Shown here piece by piece: positions 1-9,988 of a DNA stretch of 64,000 nt. Positions within the stretch are counted from its first letter, which is position 1. Each line of letters opens with the position of its first letter. Location: positions 124,001-188,000 of the IMG/VR virus record IMGVR_UViG_3300033997_000478. The stretch is one strand, 5' to 3'. The translations under genes were made by a program, and so were the position numbers. The notes under the pieces were generated by a model, which saw only the letters and a program-made list of their open reading frames with translations, did not search any database and was not told the DNA's origin.

Positions 1-501
1 TCGGGGGAACACCCACGCTCTGGGAAACGAATGGTCCCCTGAAGCTAGGGCAAAGTTGTCGAAAATAGCTTCCGAACGGACAGGAGACAAAAATCCTTTC
101 TTCGGTAAGACGCATTCGGCAGAGAGTCGCGAAAAAATAAGGCAGGCCAAACTCGGCGGGGGACCGCCGACGAATGCCATGAAGGTAATGGTCAAGGGTA
201 TCGTTTACAATTCTGTCAAAGATGCTTGCGATGGTGTCGGGATCTCGTATCCGACCATGGCTAAGCGTCTGAAAAGTGACGACCCCGATTATTCATTTGT
301 CTCGTAAAGGCCTAACGACTATCCAAAGTACCCTAGGACTAAAAGGGTAACGAGTAGAGTAGACTCCAAGTGGAGTCGAAAAGAGAGGGGTCTCCAAGGA
401 AGGAGATCGTGATATAGTCTAAACTGCATGGTGACATGTAGCTGTCAAGCTTGAAGAACTTGACGGGTTAGGAGTAACGATCCTAACTGAAGGTCGGCAT
501 G
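1..501 (+). mobile_element. Group I intron (IA2-like), 3' part, interrupting thyA
   Basis: P7 pairing GACTAT (317-322)/ATAGTC (414-419) within AACGACTATCC and GATATAGTCT; P7.1/P7.2/P8/P9-like hairpins (taccct/agggta, gactcc/ggagtc, tctcc/ggaga, tgcatg/catgta); terminal G501 directly before codons S-A-D of ThyA. Confidence 0.88.
2..307 (+). CDS. Intron-encoded homing endonuclease, C-terminal part (NUMOD3 repeats plus HTH; probably GIY-YIG, I-TevI-like); 5' end outside window
   Basis: Frame open from base 2; NPFFGKTHSAESREKIRQAK is a NUMOD3 motif; YNSVKDACDGVGISYPTMAKRL is an HTH; lies just before P7, as in the T4 td intron. Confidence 0.82.
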   Translation, partial: RGNTHALGNEWSPEARAKLSKIASERTGDKNPFFGKTHSAESREKIRQAKLGGGPPTNAMKVMVKGIVYNSVKDACDGVGISYPTMAKRLKSDDPDYSFVS

Positions 502-798
502 AGCGCCGACATCTTCCTTGGCGTACCGTTCAACATCGCCAGCTACGCGCTGCTGACGCACATGGTGGCCCACGTGGTGGGCATGGCGCCGGGCGACTTC
601 GTCCACACCTTCGGTGACCTGCACGTCTACTCCAACCACATCGACCAGATCGAGTTGCAGATGACCCGTGACCCGCTGCCGCTGCCCAAGCTGCTGCTCA
701 ACCCGGACGTGAAGAACATTGACGACTTCACCTTCGATGACATCCGTGTGGTCGGCTACGAGTCGCATCCGGCCATCAAGGGCGACGTGGCGGTCTGA
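502..798 (+). CDS. thyA: Thymidylate synthase, last exon
   Basis: [21 protein letters not shown]...GDLHVYSNH...[10 protein letters not shown] is the canonical ThyA C-terminus. Confidence 0.97.
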   Translation, partial: SADIFLGVPFNIASYALLTHMVAHVVGMAPGDFVHTFGDLHVYSNHIDQIELQMTRDPLPLPKLLLNPDVKNIDDFTFDDIRVVGYESHPAIKGDVAV

Positions 799-800
799 TC

Positions 801-908
801 ATGTCTCACACTGGATTCTTCATCCTCTGCGGGTTTGTCATCCTCTGCCACGTTGGACTGTGCTTGGCACTCCACTTGGAGTACCGGAAGTACTACCGGA
901 AGTGGTGA
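801..908 (+). CDS. Small membrane protein (35 aa)
   Basis: Read by eye: MSHTGFFILCGFVILCHVGLCLALHLEYRKYYRKW; one TM segment plus basic tail. Confidence 0.5.
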   Translation: MSHTGFFILCGFVILCHVGLCLALHLEYRKYYRKW

Positions 909-954
909 AGTACAGACATAATCCCCTCCCGATTGGGAGGGGACAGGAGGGCAC

Positions 955-1149
955 ATGCAACATGTCTTGGCAACACGAGCGAGCGGATCGCAGTTCCCCG
1001 TTCGTATCTACGACCAGCAGGTTACCGACCACGGCGTCAAGGTGACCCTACCTGCCTCTACGATGGAAACGCTGAAGCGTGAGAACGCAACCATCACACT
1101 GCGCATCCATGCCGTGGAGCAAACCACACACCGACTCATTGGGGGCTGA
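955..1149 (+). CDS. Hypothetical protein
   Basis: ORF track; AGGAGG SD upstream. Confidence 0.65.
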   Translation: MQHVLATRASGSQFPVRIYDQQVTDHGVKVTLPASTMETLKRENATITLRIHAVEQTTHRLIGG

Positions 1150-1200
1150 CATGGCCGAGCTCGAAAAGCGCCTACCCTCCACCGCAACTGGAACCGAACA

Positions 1201-1794
1201 ATGACCTGTCCCGAACACACGATCGCTCTCAAGCAGAGCTACCTCGCCTGGCTCAAGGATGCCAACATCGATCGGCAGCTGAACCAGGATCCGCACACCG
1301 TCAACACGCTCCAGCACATGTTGCCGGTACTGGAATGGATCCACACCAACCTGAAGCGCCAGGACATGGCCGCCAGCTTCTCCGGTGAGACGCACGATGT
1401 CGCCCTCGAGCACTACCGGACGTTCGTGCTGGACATGGGTCGTCAGGGTGGTAACGCCATGCTGGCGCAGCTGCTCTGCAACGAAGATACCCTGCTCTTC
1501 GACGCAACCGATTACAGCGACCTCGTCGGGTACCGCGTCCAAGGTATTCCGGCCATCGATGAAAGCATCTACGCCCACCTGAAGAAAGCCAAGGTCGTCA
1601 AGAACGACGCCGCCGCCTTCATGGCCGAGCTGGACACCAACAAGTACGTGACTGTGGTCATCTACGGAACTCGTTCGCTGTCGCGATTCATTGGCGAAGG
1701 TACGGCGAAAGAGTACACCACGCGCAGCTTCCGCGACACGCTGTTCTATTCGCCCAATCGCGAGAACCTCAAGCACGTCCTGATCATCGGGTAA
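1201..1794 (+). CDS. Hypothetical protein
   Basis: 197 aa ORF with phage-like codon bias. Confidence 0.75.
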   Translation: MTCPEHTIALKQSYLAWLKDANIDRQLNQDPHTVNTLQHMLPVLEWIHTNLKRQDMAASFSGETHDVALEHYRTFVLDMGRQGGNAMLAQLLCNEDTLLFDATDYSDLVGYRVQGIPAIDESIYAHLKKAKVVKNDAAAFMAELDTNKYVTVVIYGTRSLSRFIGEGTAKEYTTRSFRDTLFYSPNRENLKHVLIIG

Positions 1795-1800
1795 CCGGCG

Positions 1801-1980
1801 ATGTTCGGCCATTTCAACAACATGTCCCACTTCGAGTACGAGTTCTGGAAGTTCCAGATGACTGCGTTGGCGATGGGGTTCATCCTCCTCGTCCTCTTGA
1901 TTGTCTGGATCATCGACTCGTGCACGAAATGGTGTCGCAAGCGCGGCGCACGCTGGCGTCGTAAACAACCACGGAGATAA
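1801..1980 (+). CDS. Small membrane protein (59 aa)
   Basis: Read by eye; TM segment ALAMGFILLVLLIVWII plus Arg-rich tail. Confidence 0.6.
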   Translation: MFGHFNNMSHFEYEFWKFQMTALAMGFILLVLLIVWIIDSCTKWCRKRGARWRRKQPRR

Positions 1981-1982
1981 TC

Positions 1983-2123
1983 ATGGCTGACTTTTGGGCT
2001 TCGGTCTTCATGACGATCGGCATCCTCATCGCTGCCGGGTTCGTCATTGGCATGATGATTACCGTCACCGGCGTGGCCAAGAAGGACCCGCCGCGTAGCG
2101 GTTGTGGTTCGGTGGAAATCTAA
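1983..2123 (+). CDS. Small membrane protein (46 aa)
   Basis: GGAG SD; MADFWASVFMTIGILIAAGFVIGMMITVTGV. Confidence 0.6.
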   Translation: MADFWASVFMTIGILIAAGFVIGMMITVTGVAKKDPPRSGCGSVEI

Positions 2124-2253
2124 CCCCACCTAGGGTGATGAAGTGGAGGGCACTTTGGTGCCCTCCGGTTATACCGTTTTAATGTTTCACACCACAGCCC
2201 CACCATGTGGACAATTGAAAGAAGTATTTGCTGTACCAAGGAGAACTACAAGA

Positions 2254-2727
2254 ATGACAGCCCCAAGAAACAACCATCTGATGCGTTTGCCGCGTCAGTT
2301 TGATCTCCCGGTGTTGCGCGTGGTCACTGCCAACAACACCCGTTGGGAGTTCACCTTGGATGACAAGGACCACATGATCTCCAGCTCCCAGCTGCGCAAC
2401 CAGCTGGCCGACCAAGGGATCAGCAACTACTACATCGTCTACCTGCAATTGGAAGACATGTACCCGGCAGATCAAAACGGCGTGGTGTTGAAGTTCATGC
2501 CACATCGCTTTGTGGTGCAGATCAAGAGTTCGCCTGGTGTGTTTACCACTGAAGAACTCAACGAGGCCTTCCAGGCGCTGGTCTACGCTGTCAAGTACGA
2601 GGTCGATCGGATCTTGGACTTGGACGAAGCAGCCGAGACCCTACCCCACGTTGGCCGAGTGTTTGCCAACGACCGCAACAACCACCCTCGCGCCACCACA
2701 GCCACAGCCGTCTTCGGAGGAAGGTGA
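2254..2727 (+). CDS. Hypothetical protein
   Basis: AAGGAG SD before ATG 2254. Confidence 0.7.
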   Translation: MTAPRNNHLMRLPRQFDLPVLRVVTANNTRWEFTLDDKDHMISSSQLRNQLADQGISNYYIVYLQLEDMYPADQNGVVLKFMPHRFVVQIKSSPGVFTTEELNEAFQALVYAVKYEVDRILDLDEAAETLPHVGRVFANDRNNHPRATTATAVFGGR

Positions 2728-2728
2728 C

Positions 2729-3400
2729 ATGAAATCCGAATGTGTGGTAGTCAGTAACGGCGGCTCGTTGTTTCTCGTCGGACCGACTGGTAAAACCACC
2801 CCGTTGACTCTACTTGAACGGATCAGATTGGCTCTCACCAATCGGTATCCACAACGCGCCCTGAACGCCGTACAGACCAACGACAAGCTCGGCTGGCTGG
2901 AACCTACCCGACCCACTGTGGAAAACATCAGCCGCAGTGACCAACCCGTTCGTGGTGTGCTGAACATCACCATCGAACAGCTGTCCTGCATCGCTAACCC
3001 GGCGCCTTACCGCGGGGATGTGATGCTTCATGCGTACATGCCAGGTCATCCGCAGTTCGCTGAACGACTGGCCGAAGTCGACGAAGGTAAACCCGATTGT
3101 TGGAAGGCTACCGCGTATTGGTCGGTAGTTGGTGGTGGGGTGCAGATCGAACCGATACTGTTTGTTTTTGTGGCCAAGAGCATCGACCCGACCTTCCACA
3201 CCATGACCGGCCTGGATCACCGGTTCCTGTACTACACCATGGTCGAACTGGCCCGGCAATTTGGCCATGCCTGGAACGCCTCCTCGTCCACCAAGGTCGT
3301 ACTGCAAAACCTCCATCTGGACGGCAGTGAAGTTGACTGCCTTCCCATGAAGCCGCCCAAATCCCTTGATCGTAGTCTCCGCCGCCACGGTCCCCGTTAA
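2729..3400 (+). CDS. Hypothetical protein
   Basis: ATG 2729 follows the upstream stop; GGAGG upstream. Confidence 0.7.
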   Translation: MKSECVVVSNGGSLFLVGPTGKTTPLTLLERIRLALTNRYPQRALNAVQTNDKLGWLEPTRPTVENISRSDQPVRGVLNITIEQLSCIANPAPYRGDVMLHAYMPGHPQFAERLAEVDEGKPDCWKATAYWSVVGGGVQIEPILFVFVAKSIDPTFHTMTGLDHRFLYYTMVELARQFGHAWNASSSTKVVLQNLHLDGSEVDCLPMKPPKSLDRSLRRHGPR

Positions 3401-3421
3401 CCCTCAAGTTCAGAAGAAACC

Positions 3422-4375
3422 ATGAGCAACTTCAACAAGCGCCAGATCCGCACCATGCTGGACAACTCCGCACGCGTGGCCAAACGCTACCGTTCGATCA
3501 CCAACGTCTACCTGACCAACCCGGTGCATGGCCGCCTGTTCTTCCACAACAACATCCACGGCATGGCCATGGTGCAGGTGGTGGATACGCTGGCCAAGAT
3601 GACCGGCAACGTCACCAAGGACGAGCTGGAGCTGCTGCACACTGCCGCTGCATGGCATGACTGCCACCACAGCGGTCACCCGGACAGCTGGCTTGATGAG
3701 AACGGTAAGGACAACATCGATCGCACGATCGAGCAGTACAATCTGTACGTCCAACAGCATCGCCAGGTCTGGAACGCGGCCGTGGTGCGTCTGATCCGTG
3801 GCACCCGCTTCCCGTACGACTACGTGCTGCCGCGCACCACCGGTCCCGAAGCTGATCCGAATGGCCTGACTGAGCGTGAGGTCTTCCTGCTGGGTCTGCT
3901 GCGTGACGCCGACGCAGTGTGGGGCATGCTGCACGAGTACTCGGCCCAGTCCGTGGTTGGTCTGTGGCTGGAGCGCACCCATGCCGGCGAAGAAGAGAAG
4001 AACCCGGACCCGGAAGAAGTCGTGCGTCGTCGCATGGCTTTCCTGAAGAGCGTCAAGCCCTTCACCGCGGCCGGCAAGAACTTCTTCCGCGCTTTCTTGG
4101 ATGAAACCCTGGAAGACACCGAGCGCCTGTATATGGAGATGACCCGCCAGAACCAGCTGGCAGAACTGGTCGGCGACCTCACCCTCGATGAATTGGCCCA
4201 GTACCGTGCCGGCAAGACCATCAACCAGATCCACGCCGCCCGCGCCGCCAAGGCAGCGCCGAAGCAGGGGGAAGAACTGGTCGACCTGGTTCCGACGCTG
4301 GATGCCGAACTGCCGATCAGCGGCATGCCGGTCATCTCGGCCAATGAAATCCTGGAAGCGCACGGCCTGAAGTAA
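3422..4375 (+). CDS. HD-domain metal-dependent phosphohydrolase
   Basis: FHNNIH...AAAWHDCHH...LRDAD gives the H..HD..D signature. Confidence 0.8.
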   Translation: MSNFNKRQIRTMLDNSARVAKRYRSITNVYLTNPVHGRLFFHNNIHGMAMVQVVDTLAKMTGNVTKDELELLHTAAAWHDCHHSGHPDSWLDENGKDNIDRTIEQYNLYVQQHRQVWNAAVVRLIRGTRFPYDYVLPRTTGPEADPNGLTEREVFLLGLLRDADAVWGMLHEYSAQSVVGLWLERTHAGEEEKNPDPEEVVRRRMAFLKSVKPFTAAGKNFFRAFLDETLEDTERLYMEMTRQNQLAELVGDLTLDELAQYRAGKTINQIHAARAAKAAPKQGEELVDLVPTLDAELPISGMPVISANEILEAHGLK

Positions 4376-4387
4376 GTTTCGCGCGGT

Positions 4388-4420
4388 GGGAGGCCCCTTC
4401 GGGGGCCTTCCGCTTTATGC
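4388..4420 (+). terminator. Intrinsic terminator
   Basis: ggaggcccc-TTCG-ggggccttc followed by tttatgc. Confidence 0.75.
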
Positions 4421-4460
4421 CCTTCACGCCGTAAATTTCCCCACCGAAGAGAGACTCTGT

Positions 4461-4676
4461 GTGAAACCCTACACCCCTCTGAAAACCGCCGTCATCGTCG
4501 GTGTGATGATCTTCAGCGCCGCCATGTTGATCATCGCCCTGGTCTGCCTGTGGTCTGTCTTTGATGACTTGCTGATCGGCAATGTTGTCGGCGCTGGTCT
4601 GAAGTTGTTGACCGGCCTGATCAGCGCCATCGTGGGTCTCATCCTCACTTTCACCACCGTCCGCCTCCTGAGGTAA
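4461..4676 (+). CDS. Small two-TM membrane protein
   Basis: Two hydrophobic segments; GTG start. Confidence 0.65.
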   Translation: MKPYTPLKTAVIVGVMIFSAAMLIIALVCLWSVFDDLLIGNVVGAGLKLLTGLISAIVGLILTFTTVRLLR

Positions 4677-4679
4677 AAA

Positions 4680-5225
4680 ATGTCGACCGAACGCAACCAC
4701 CCGCGTGATCAGAACAGCTCCGCCGTTGATGCCATGTTGAAGGACATGGCCGAGCGTGTCGAGGCAATTGGGAAGGTCACCGAAGATGACATGCTTTTCG
4801 ACATCCCCACCGGCCTGATCCCCGGTTGCGACAACAAGATGCTCAAGACCGGTCTGCTGCTTATCTACGTCTACCCTGACGCCGATATGGACAAGGTCAA
4901 GGCACATTGCCAGAAGATCACCGAAGTCTTCGGGGAGCGGCTGTACTCCTACGATGACACCGGTCGTGGGCACTACAGCGTCAGCTCGCGCGAAGAAGAG
5001 CGCAACCGCCTGCGTCAGCTTCGCACCGATGCCAACAAGGACTTCAAGACGGCCATCGTGGTCAGGCCGCTGCCCCATGATCGCTGGTCCGATACGCTGG
5101 AGCAGGAAGCTGATACCTCCATCTACTTCTACGCCGGCGTGAACCGGCTCTACACCATCCTCGAACGCGGTAAGCTGCGCCGCGCCGATGCGCCGAAAGA
5201 TACCAATCGGGTTCTTTCGCTGTAA
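4680..5225 (+). CDS. Hypothetical protein
   Basis: ORF with GAGG SD. Confidence 0.75.
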   Translation: MSTERNHPRDQNSSAVDAMLKDMAERVEAIGKVTEDDMLFDIPTGLIPGCDNKMLKTGLLLIYVYPDADMDKVKAHCQKITEVFGERLYSYDDTGRGHYSVSSREEERNRLRQLRTDANKDFKTAIVVRPLPHDRWSDTLEQEADTSIYFYAGVNRLYTILERGKLRRADAPKDTNRVLSL

Positions 5226-5262
5226 TCTAGCAGCAACCCTCAACTGAAACAAAGGTGAAGTA

Positions 5263-6024
5263 ATGGACAACTCGCACGGCGATCAGAGCTACCACAAACG
5301 TGGGCTCCTGCCGGCTGTCGATTCAATGAAGCCCGGCCTGTACCTGTTCCATATCCACTCCGGATTGGATCGCAGGTACTTGGTCGAACACACCAACAAG
5401 CTCAATGAGGCATTGCAGAAGGATGGGTTGTATCCGTCCTTCCAACAGAAGAACCTCAACGAGATGTCGGTCAACGATGTCACCCAAACCCTACACCGAC
5501 TGCGCGAAGAAGCACTCAGTGCCGGTCGGGCGTACTTCCTGTTGTCGCCGATCTTCAAACCGCGTCAGCGTTACGTGGAGGACCGCGTGGACATGAGCTG
5601 GACCATCATGCCAGCCGATGACTGCGCATTCATGTTCGTCTCCACGCGAGGTTTCAATGGCGTTGGTCCGTTCCAGTACAGTCCGGACCACTACGCGTTC
5701 CGCCTGTGGTTGGAGCAGCGTGAAGCCAAACGTCAACCCAACCCCCTGATCGAAAGTAAGGATCGCATCGAGATCCAGGTGATCGGTGCCCCCTACGTCG
5801 GTAAGACGGCCGTGGCGGCCATCATCAACGAAGCGCTGCTTGCCAAGTGGCCGCACATCCAGCTGAACTGGAGCAACACTGACAACGACCAAGAAGTTGT
5901 CCAGTCCAAGCTGCGTCAGGGTGAGTACGAGAACATCGGCGCCCGCGCTTTCCAGATCACCGAGGTGAGTGGGTATCTGCCCAAGTACTCGGAGTCCGTC
6001 ATCGTTGAAGAAGGGAAGGAATAA
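5263..6024 (+). CDS. Hypothetical protein with C-terminal P-loop-like motif
   Basis: VIGAPYVGKT is Walker A-like. Confidence 0.7.
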   Translation: MDNSHGDQSYHKRGLLPAVDSMKPGLYLFHIHSGLDRRYLVEHTNKLNEALQKDGLYPSFQQKNLNEMSVNDVTQTLHRLREEALSAGRAYFLLSPIFKPRQRYVEDRVDMSWTIMPADDCAFMFVSTRGFNGVGPFQYSPDHYAFRLWLEQREAKRQPNPLIESKDRIEIQVIGAPYVGKTAVAAIINEALLAKWPHIQLNWSNTDNDQEVVQSKLRQGEYENIGARAFQITEVSGYLPKYSESVIVEEGKE

Positions 6025-6026
6025 CC

Positions 6027-6857
6027 ATGTCCAGTGAAAAGAATCCGGTCGATCTGATCAACGACCTCGCCGACGCAACCGGCGGCAGCGTTACCGAAGT
6101 CCAGCAGTTGTCGGACGGGAGCGGTTTTGCCATGCTGTCCATGCCGCTGCGCGAAGACCATTGGATTTACGAGACCGATTCGGCAGCGCCGGGTTACTCG
6201 GGCCCGTCCCCCATGCCCATGGCCGGCAACTGCCATGACCCCCTGCGGTTGATCTTGCAGGATCACCTGCAGACCGCATCCCGCTACGGTATCCGCTCGT
6301 CAACGTCCTGTGGTCGTGAGGATGACTTCGATCCGGATGCGATGGTCCGCAACATCGAGATCGGCCTGTTTGGCTATTACGGCAAGAACAGCCCCTACTC
6401 CCACGACCTGCAGTTCGAACCGGCTCGCGGCGGTAAGTTGCTGAACGTGGTGGAAGATGCGCTGGATGAACGTGGTCGTACGTTGTTTGAAATCCGCGAT
6501 CGCGTAAACCGTCGTCTGGCTGCGGACCCGGAACAGACCAACAACCTCAACCCGGCCCACCTGATCCATCCGGCCTTCCACGTCGAACTGCTGACGCTGG
6601 GCGCCCTGCTGCTGCGTCACAACAAGTCGCACAAGGCCCTGTTGGATGCGATGTCACGGGCAGCGGTTGAGGAGTGGGGCGTGGATCCGGAAACGGCCTC
6701 GCGTGTCATCTTCTCCGGTCTGAGCCTGCTGGTCAACTTCGACAAGAACACGTTGAAGGACTGGAGCGCTTTCGAAGAAGAGCGTCGGCGCAAGTGGCGT
6801 GAAGCCAACCCTCAGACGGTGGACGAAACCATTGCCGGCTGCGACGCTGCCGAGTGA
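6027..6857 (+). CDS. Phage hypothetical protein
   Basis: 276 aa ORF with AAGGA SD. Confidence 0.75.
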   Translation: MSSEKNPVDLINDLADATGGSVTEVQQLSDGSGFAMLSMPLREDHWIYETDSAAPGYSGPSPMPMAGNCHDPLRLILQDHLQTASRYGIRSSTSCGREDDFDPDAMVRNIEIGLFGYYGKNSPYSHDLQFEPARGGKLLNVVEDALDERGRTLFEIRDRVNRRLAADPEQTNNLNPAHLIHPAFHVELLTLGALLLRHNKSHKALLDAMSRAAVEEWGVDPETASRVIFSGLSLLVNFDKNTLKDWSAFEEERRRKWREANPQTVDETIAGCDAAE

Positions 6858-6902
6858 TCAACCGGTGGGGTCTTCGGACCCCACCTTTCAAGGAATGTGA
6901 TC

Positions 6903-7358
6903 ATGTCCAACAAGATCGATACGACGGTCCACCTGACCGACAAGGAAAAGTACAACCCGCTGTTCTGGCAGGACGGTCGTGCAGGGCCTGCCAATATCGT
7001 CACCTACAACGGTGAGGACTGCCGCGGCGTTTCGTTTGTGGCCGATGACGATGCCCGCAAGGAAATCATCGACCACCACAACCTGGGTGTGCGCCTACTG
7101 TACGAGCACCTCCAGAAGACCCACTTCCAGTCGGTCCAGCAGAAGCTGGCCGAAGTCGCCCTGACGGCCAATACCCCGGCCGCAGCCTATGAGCTGGCCA
7201 CGCGTTTCCATGATACCTACGAGCGCTTGGCGCCGCAGTTTGGGTATGAAACCCGTCAGGACACCAAGCTGTTCGATCCCACCACTCCCAATGGTCAGCT
7301 GATGTTGGCTGTGGCCAGGGAGATCCTCAAGGACTACCTCCCATTGGGTGATGCATGA
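6903..7358 (+). CDS. Hypothetical protein
   Basis: ORF; ATGA overlap with the next gene. Confidence 0.7.
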   Translation: MSNKIDTTVHLTDKEKYNPLFWQDGRAGPANIVTYNGEDCRGVSFVADDDARKEIIDHHNLGVRLLYEHLQKTHFQSVQQKLAEVALTANTPAAAYELATRFHDTYERLAPQFGYETRQDTKLFDPTTPNGQLMLAVAREILKDYLPLGDA

Positions 7359-8140
7359 AACGCGAAGAAGCCACGGCCAACGTATTGGCCAAGCTCAAGG
7401 AAAAAGGCATTGTCGGTGAGCTGGCCGCTTCGATCGCCGACAAGCTGACCGCCGATCTGCTCTTCGAATCGGAGCTGGAGAAGATGCTGCACGAGCGGTG
7501 TAGCCACCCGCTTTACGAATACGTCACCAAGGAAGGGGGCAAGTCGGATACGGAAGACTACCCGCCGGAAGGTAAGGGGTGGGAGATCAACGTCGACCTC
7601 TACAACGGTTACTATAAGCACGACAACTACGTCGACAACTACTGGCGCCGTGAGAAGAAGCATGCGTTGACCGACAACGTGCCGATCTTCGATCTGCCGG
7701 AAGTGCGCATCCGCAAGCGAGATTTCGCTGAAGTCATCGCTCGACTGCGTGAGCAGTATCCTGCCACCGTGATCTATGGCGGCACCGGCAACTCCCTCAC
7801 CAGCAAGCCGGAGTACGTGTCCACTCCGACTGCCTTCTTCCACGGCAGTCATCAGCCGGGCTTGCTGGCGTATTCGCCGGACACCTACGTGCTTGATCGG
7901 GAGTGGGAGAACTTCCCCTTCCATCCACACGAGTCCGATACCCGGAGTCCGGTGTATATCCAACTGGCCCCGGAAGACCATCCCTTCGAACTGCTGATCG
8001 ACGGTCGTGATCCGGAAGGCAACTCCTGGGTCCGCACCAAGACCAAGGGCGGTAGCTGGGGTGATTGGGAGCAGATCGCAACGAACACCCCGTTGCCCAT
8101 CCATCCCACAGCGTGGGAAAAACTGACCGACATGATCTGA
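7355..8140 (+). CDS. Hypothetical protein
   Basis: 261 aa ORF, translationally coupled. Confidence 0.75.
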   Translation: MKREEATANVLAKLKEKGIVGELAASIADKLTADLLFESELEKMLHERCSHPLYEYVTKEGGKSDTEDYPPEGKGWEINVDLYNGYYKHDNYVDNYWRREKKHALTDNVPIFDLPEVRIRKRDFAEVIARLREQYPATVIYGGTGNSLTSKPEYVSTPTAFFHGSHQPGLLAYSPDTYVLDREWENFPFHPHESDTRSPVYIQLAPEDHPFELLIDGRDPEGNSWVRTKTKGGSWGDWEQIATNTPLPIHPTAWEKLTDMI

Positions 8141-8147
8141 GGTAAAT

Positions 8148-8357
8148 GTGGACACCGTTAAGATGGACATCACCACCCAAAGCTATCCCACGCAGTTCAC
8201 CTATCGGGTACCGCACAGCCCCGGTAAGACCACCATCTTACCTGGCATGTTGTCCATGTCCGGCTGGGCCGGTGCTCCCTTCGAAGGTAAGCGCAAGAAA
8301 GCCCGCACCCTCAGTGCCATCAGCCGTATCGCCAAGCGTCGCAACAAGAGGAAGTAG
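8148..8357 (+). CDS. Small basic protein
   Basis: K/R-rich C-terminus; GAGG SD. Confidence 0.55.
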   Translation: MDTVKMDITTQSYPTQFTYRVPHSPGKTTILPGMLSMSGWAGAPFEGKRKKARTLSAISRIAKRRNKRK

Positions 8358-8359
8358 TC

Positions 8360-8551
8360 ATGCCGTCGAGCAGCCATGATTCGTACTACAAGGGTCTTCA
8401 GAAGTTGGAACAACAGGGACTGAGTACCCGCGTTGCCAACGATGTGATGTACCTGCGCAAGCAGGCCGGTCACACCCCCGCTCGTGAGGAGCGGTTCATC
8501 CAAGAAGCCAAGGCTGGCTCGATCCCTGACGTCACTACGTTTGCCAAGTAA
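8360..8551 (+). CDS. Hypothetical protein
   Basis: 63 aa ORF followed by a hairpin at 8558-8579. Confidence 0.6.
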   Translation: MPSSSHDSYYKGLQKLEQQGLSTRVANDVMYLRKQAGHTPAREERFIQEAKAGSIPDVTTFAK

Positions 8552-8609
8552 CTGTGCTCCCCCACCTTTGGGTGGGGGACATTCTATGTCCCTTTCTTTT
8601 GGATAGCAC

Positions 8610-9272
8610 ATGTCCCAATATCAGCTCAACAACGCGTTCGTCGACAACATGGACCCCCATCAGCAGTTGGTGGCTTCGGCGATGCGTCCCAGCGCCAAGC
8701 AGGTGCGCTTCCGTCTGGTGGACAGCGAAGGCGGCGAATACTGGTTCGTCCAGAAAGAGCCGGCCAAGCTGGAAGCCAAAACGCTGATCGACATGGCCTC
8801 CGCACTGCTGCAGCAGCTGTACATCCGCTGGCGCGCCAACTTCGATCAGGTGGAGATCATCATCCCCACGCATGTGTCCGAACGTACTTGCGATGTCTCC
8901 GGCCAGACCAATGAGTTCATCTACTGCGACAAGTTCGTAGTCAAGTCCTTCCACCAGAACGGCTACGATGCCAGTGCGATCGCGCTGCGCACCCCCTCCT
9001 TCGTGGGCGAGTGGCGCAACCGCAATTTCGACGCCGACATCGGTCTGGAATTCATGCGCATGCTCGACCAGGATAGCCGGATCTTGGAACTGACCTTCCA
9101 TCCGGAAGTGGAAGACTTCGCCCACGGCGTGGTCGACACGAACAAGGTCATGCAGGAAGTGGCCGATGGTCTGCACAGTTCGCTGGGTCTGCTGTTGCGG
9201 TCGATGGAGTACATCAACCCACTGACTGGTGAAAGCAAGTTCTACACCCCGGTGTACATCCCGGCCGAGTGA
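8610..9272 (+). CDS. Hypothetical protein
   Basis: 220 aa ORF with strong codon bias. Confidence 0.75.
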   Translation: MSQYQLNNAFVDNMDPHQQLVASAMRPSAKQVRFRLVDSEGGEYWFVQKEPAKLEAKTLIDMASALLQQLYIRWRANFDQVEIIIPTHVSERTCDVSGQTNEFIYCDKFVVKSFHQNGYDASAIALRTPSFVGEWRNRNFDADIGLEFMRMLDQDSRILELTFHPEVEDFAHGVVDTNKVMQEVADGLHSSLGLLLRSMEYINPLTGESKFYTPVYIPAE

Positions 9273-9275
9273 CGA

Positions 9276-9310
9276 CATAGACCCCCCGCCTTCGGGCGGG
9301 GGTTTTATGA
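9276..9310 (+). terminator. Intrinsic terminator
   Basis: cccccgcc-TTCG-ggcggggg followed by tttt. Confidence 0.8.
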
Positions 9311-9320
9311 TCCCAATCAT

Positions 9321-9345
9321 TTTCAGACCCGTATTACCCCTGTGA
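9321..9345 (+). promoter_or_regulatory. Putative phage early promoter
   Basis: TTTCA-N6-TATTAC-N5-TGA; the same spacing recurs at 9928, 32029, 37189, 39890. Confidence 0.7.
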
Positions 9346-9393
9346 GCGTCCCACAAAGACATTCATTCCATTAATACAGGAGAAACCTTTCAC

Positions 9394-9849
9394 ATGGAAA
9401 ATAACAACACTTCGGCTTTTGTCAGCACCGACCAGAGCTTCTTCGACGAAGGTCTCGTCATCCACGTCGGCAAGCAGGTCGAGCAGGATGCCATCGACCA
9501 GATGGTGGCCGCCATCGCGGCAACGTACGATGCGCAGGGTCTCTCCCTGGCCTTCGCCGTCGAGCGTAGCATTTACTACGCCCCGACCATGAAGCTGTCC
9601 TACAAGGCCGCCTTCAAGTTCACCCAGCCCGACGGCACCAGCCATGGCCAGGAACTGGAGTTCGACATCCGCAGCAACTCGCTCGGCGACTTCTTCACCG
9701 CCCGCGGCGCTGCGCTGAACGCGTTCCAGTGGAACATCCTCAACGGCCTGCGCCAGCAGCTGGAAAACGGCAAGCCGGCCAGTGAAGTGCTGGACGTGAT
9801 GAACCAGTTCATCACCAAGTTCCCGCGCCTGAACAACCTGGGCCTGTAA
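9394..9849 (+). CDS. Hypothetical protein (probably highly expressed)
   Basis: AGGAG SD; extreme C-ending codon bias; own promoter and terminator. Confidence 0.8.
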   Translation: MENNNTSAFVSTDQSFFDEGLVIHVGKQVEQDAIDQMVAAIAATYDAQGLSLAFAVERSIYYAPTMKLSYKAAFKFTQPDGTSHGQELEFDIRSNSLGDFFTARGAALNAFQWNILNGLRQQLENGKPASEVLDVMNQFITKFPRLNNLGL

Positions 9850-9927
9850 GCCTCGGCGCCTGCCCCCGAAGGGGCAGGCCTTTGGCAGGGCTTTTCTTTT
9901 GGACAAAAACCCACCCAAAGAAAAATG

Positions 9928-9952
9928 TTTCACCGCTATACTACACTCGTGA
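9928..9952 (+). promoter_or_regulatory. Putative phage early promoter
   Basis: A-tract plus TTTCA-ccgcta-TACTAC-actcg-TGA. Confidence 0.72.
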
Positions 9953-9988
9953 AGTTGGACCTAATAATTACCTCATGGAGAGTTGTGA

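Noticed and set aside
499-798. Stand-alone 99-aa ThyA starting at ATG 499
   Set aside because: Too short for ThyA; the ATG overlaps the intron terminal G, so this is an exon.
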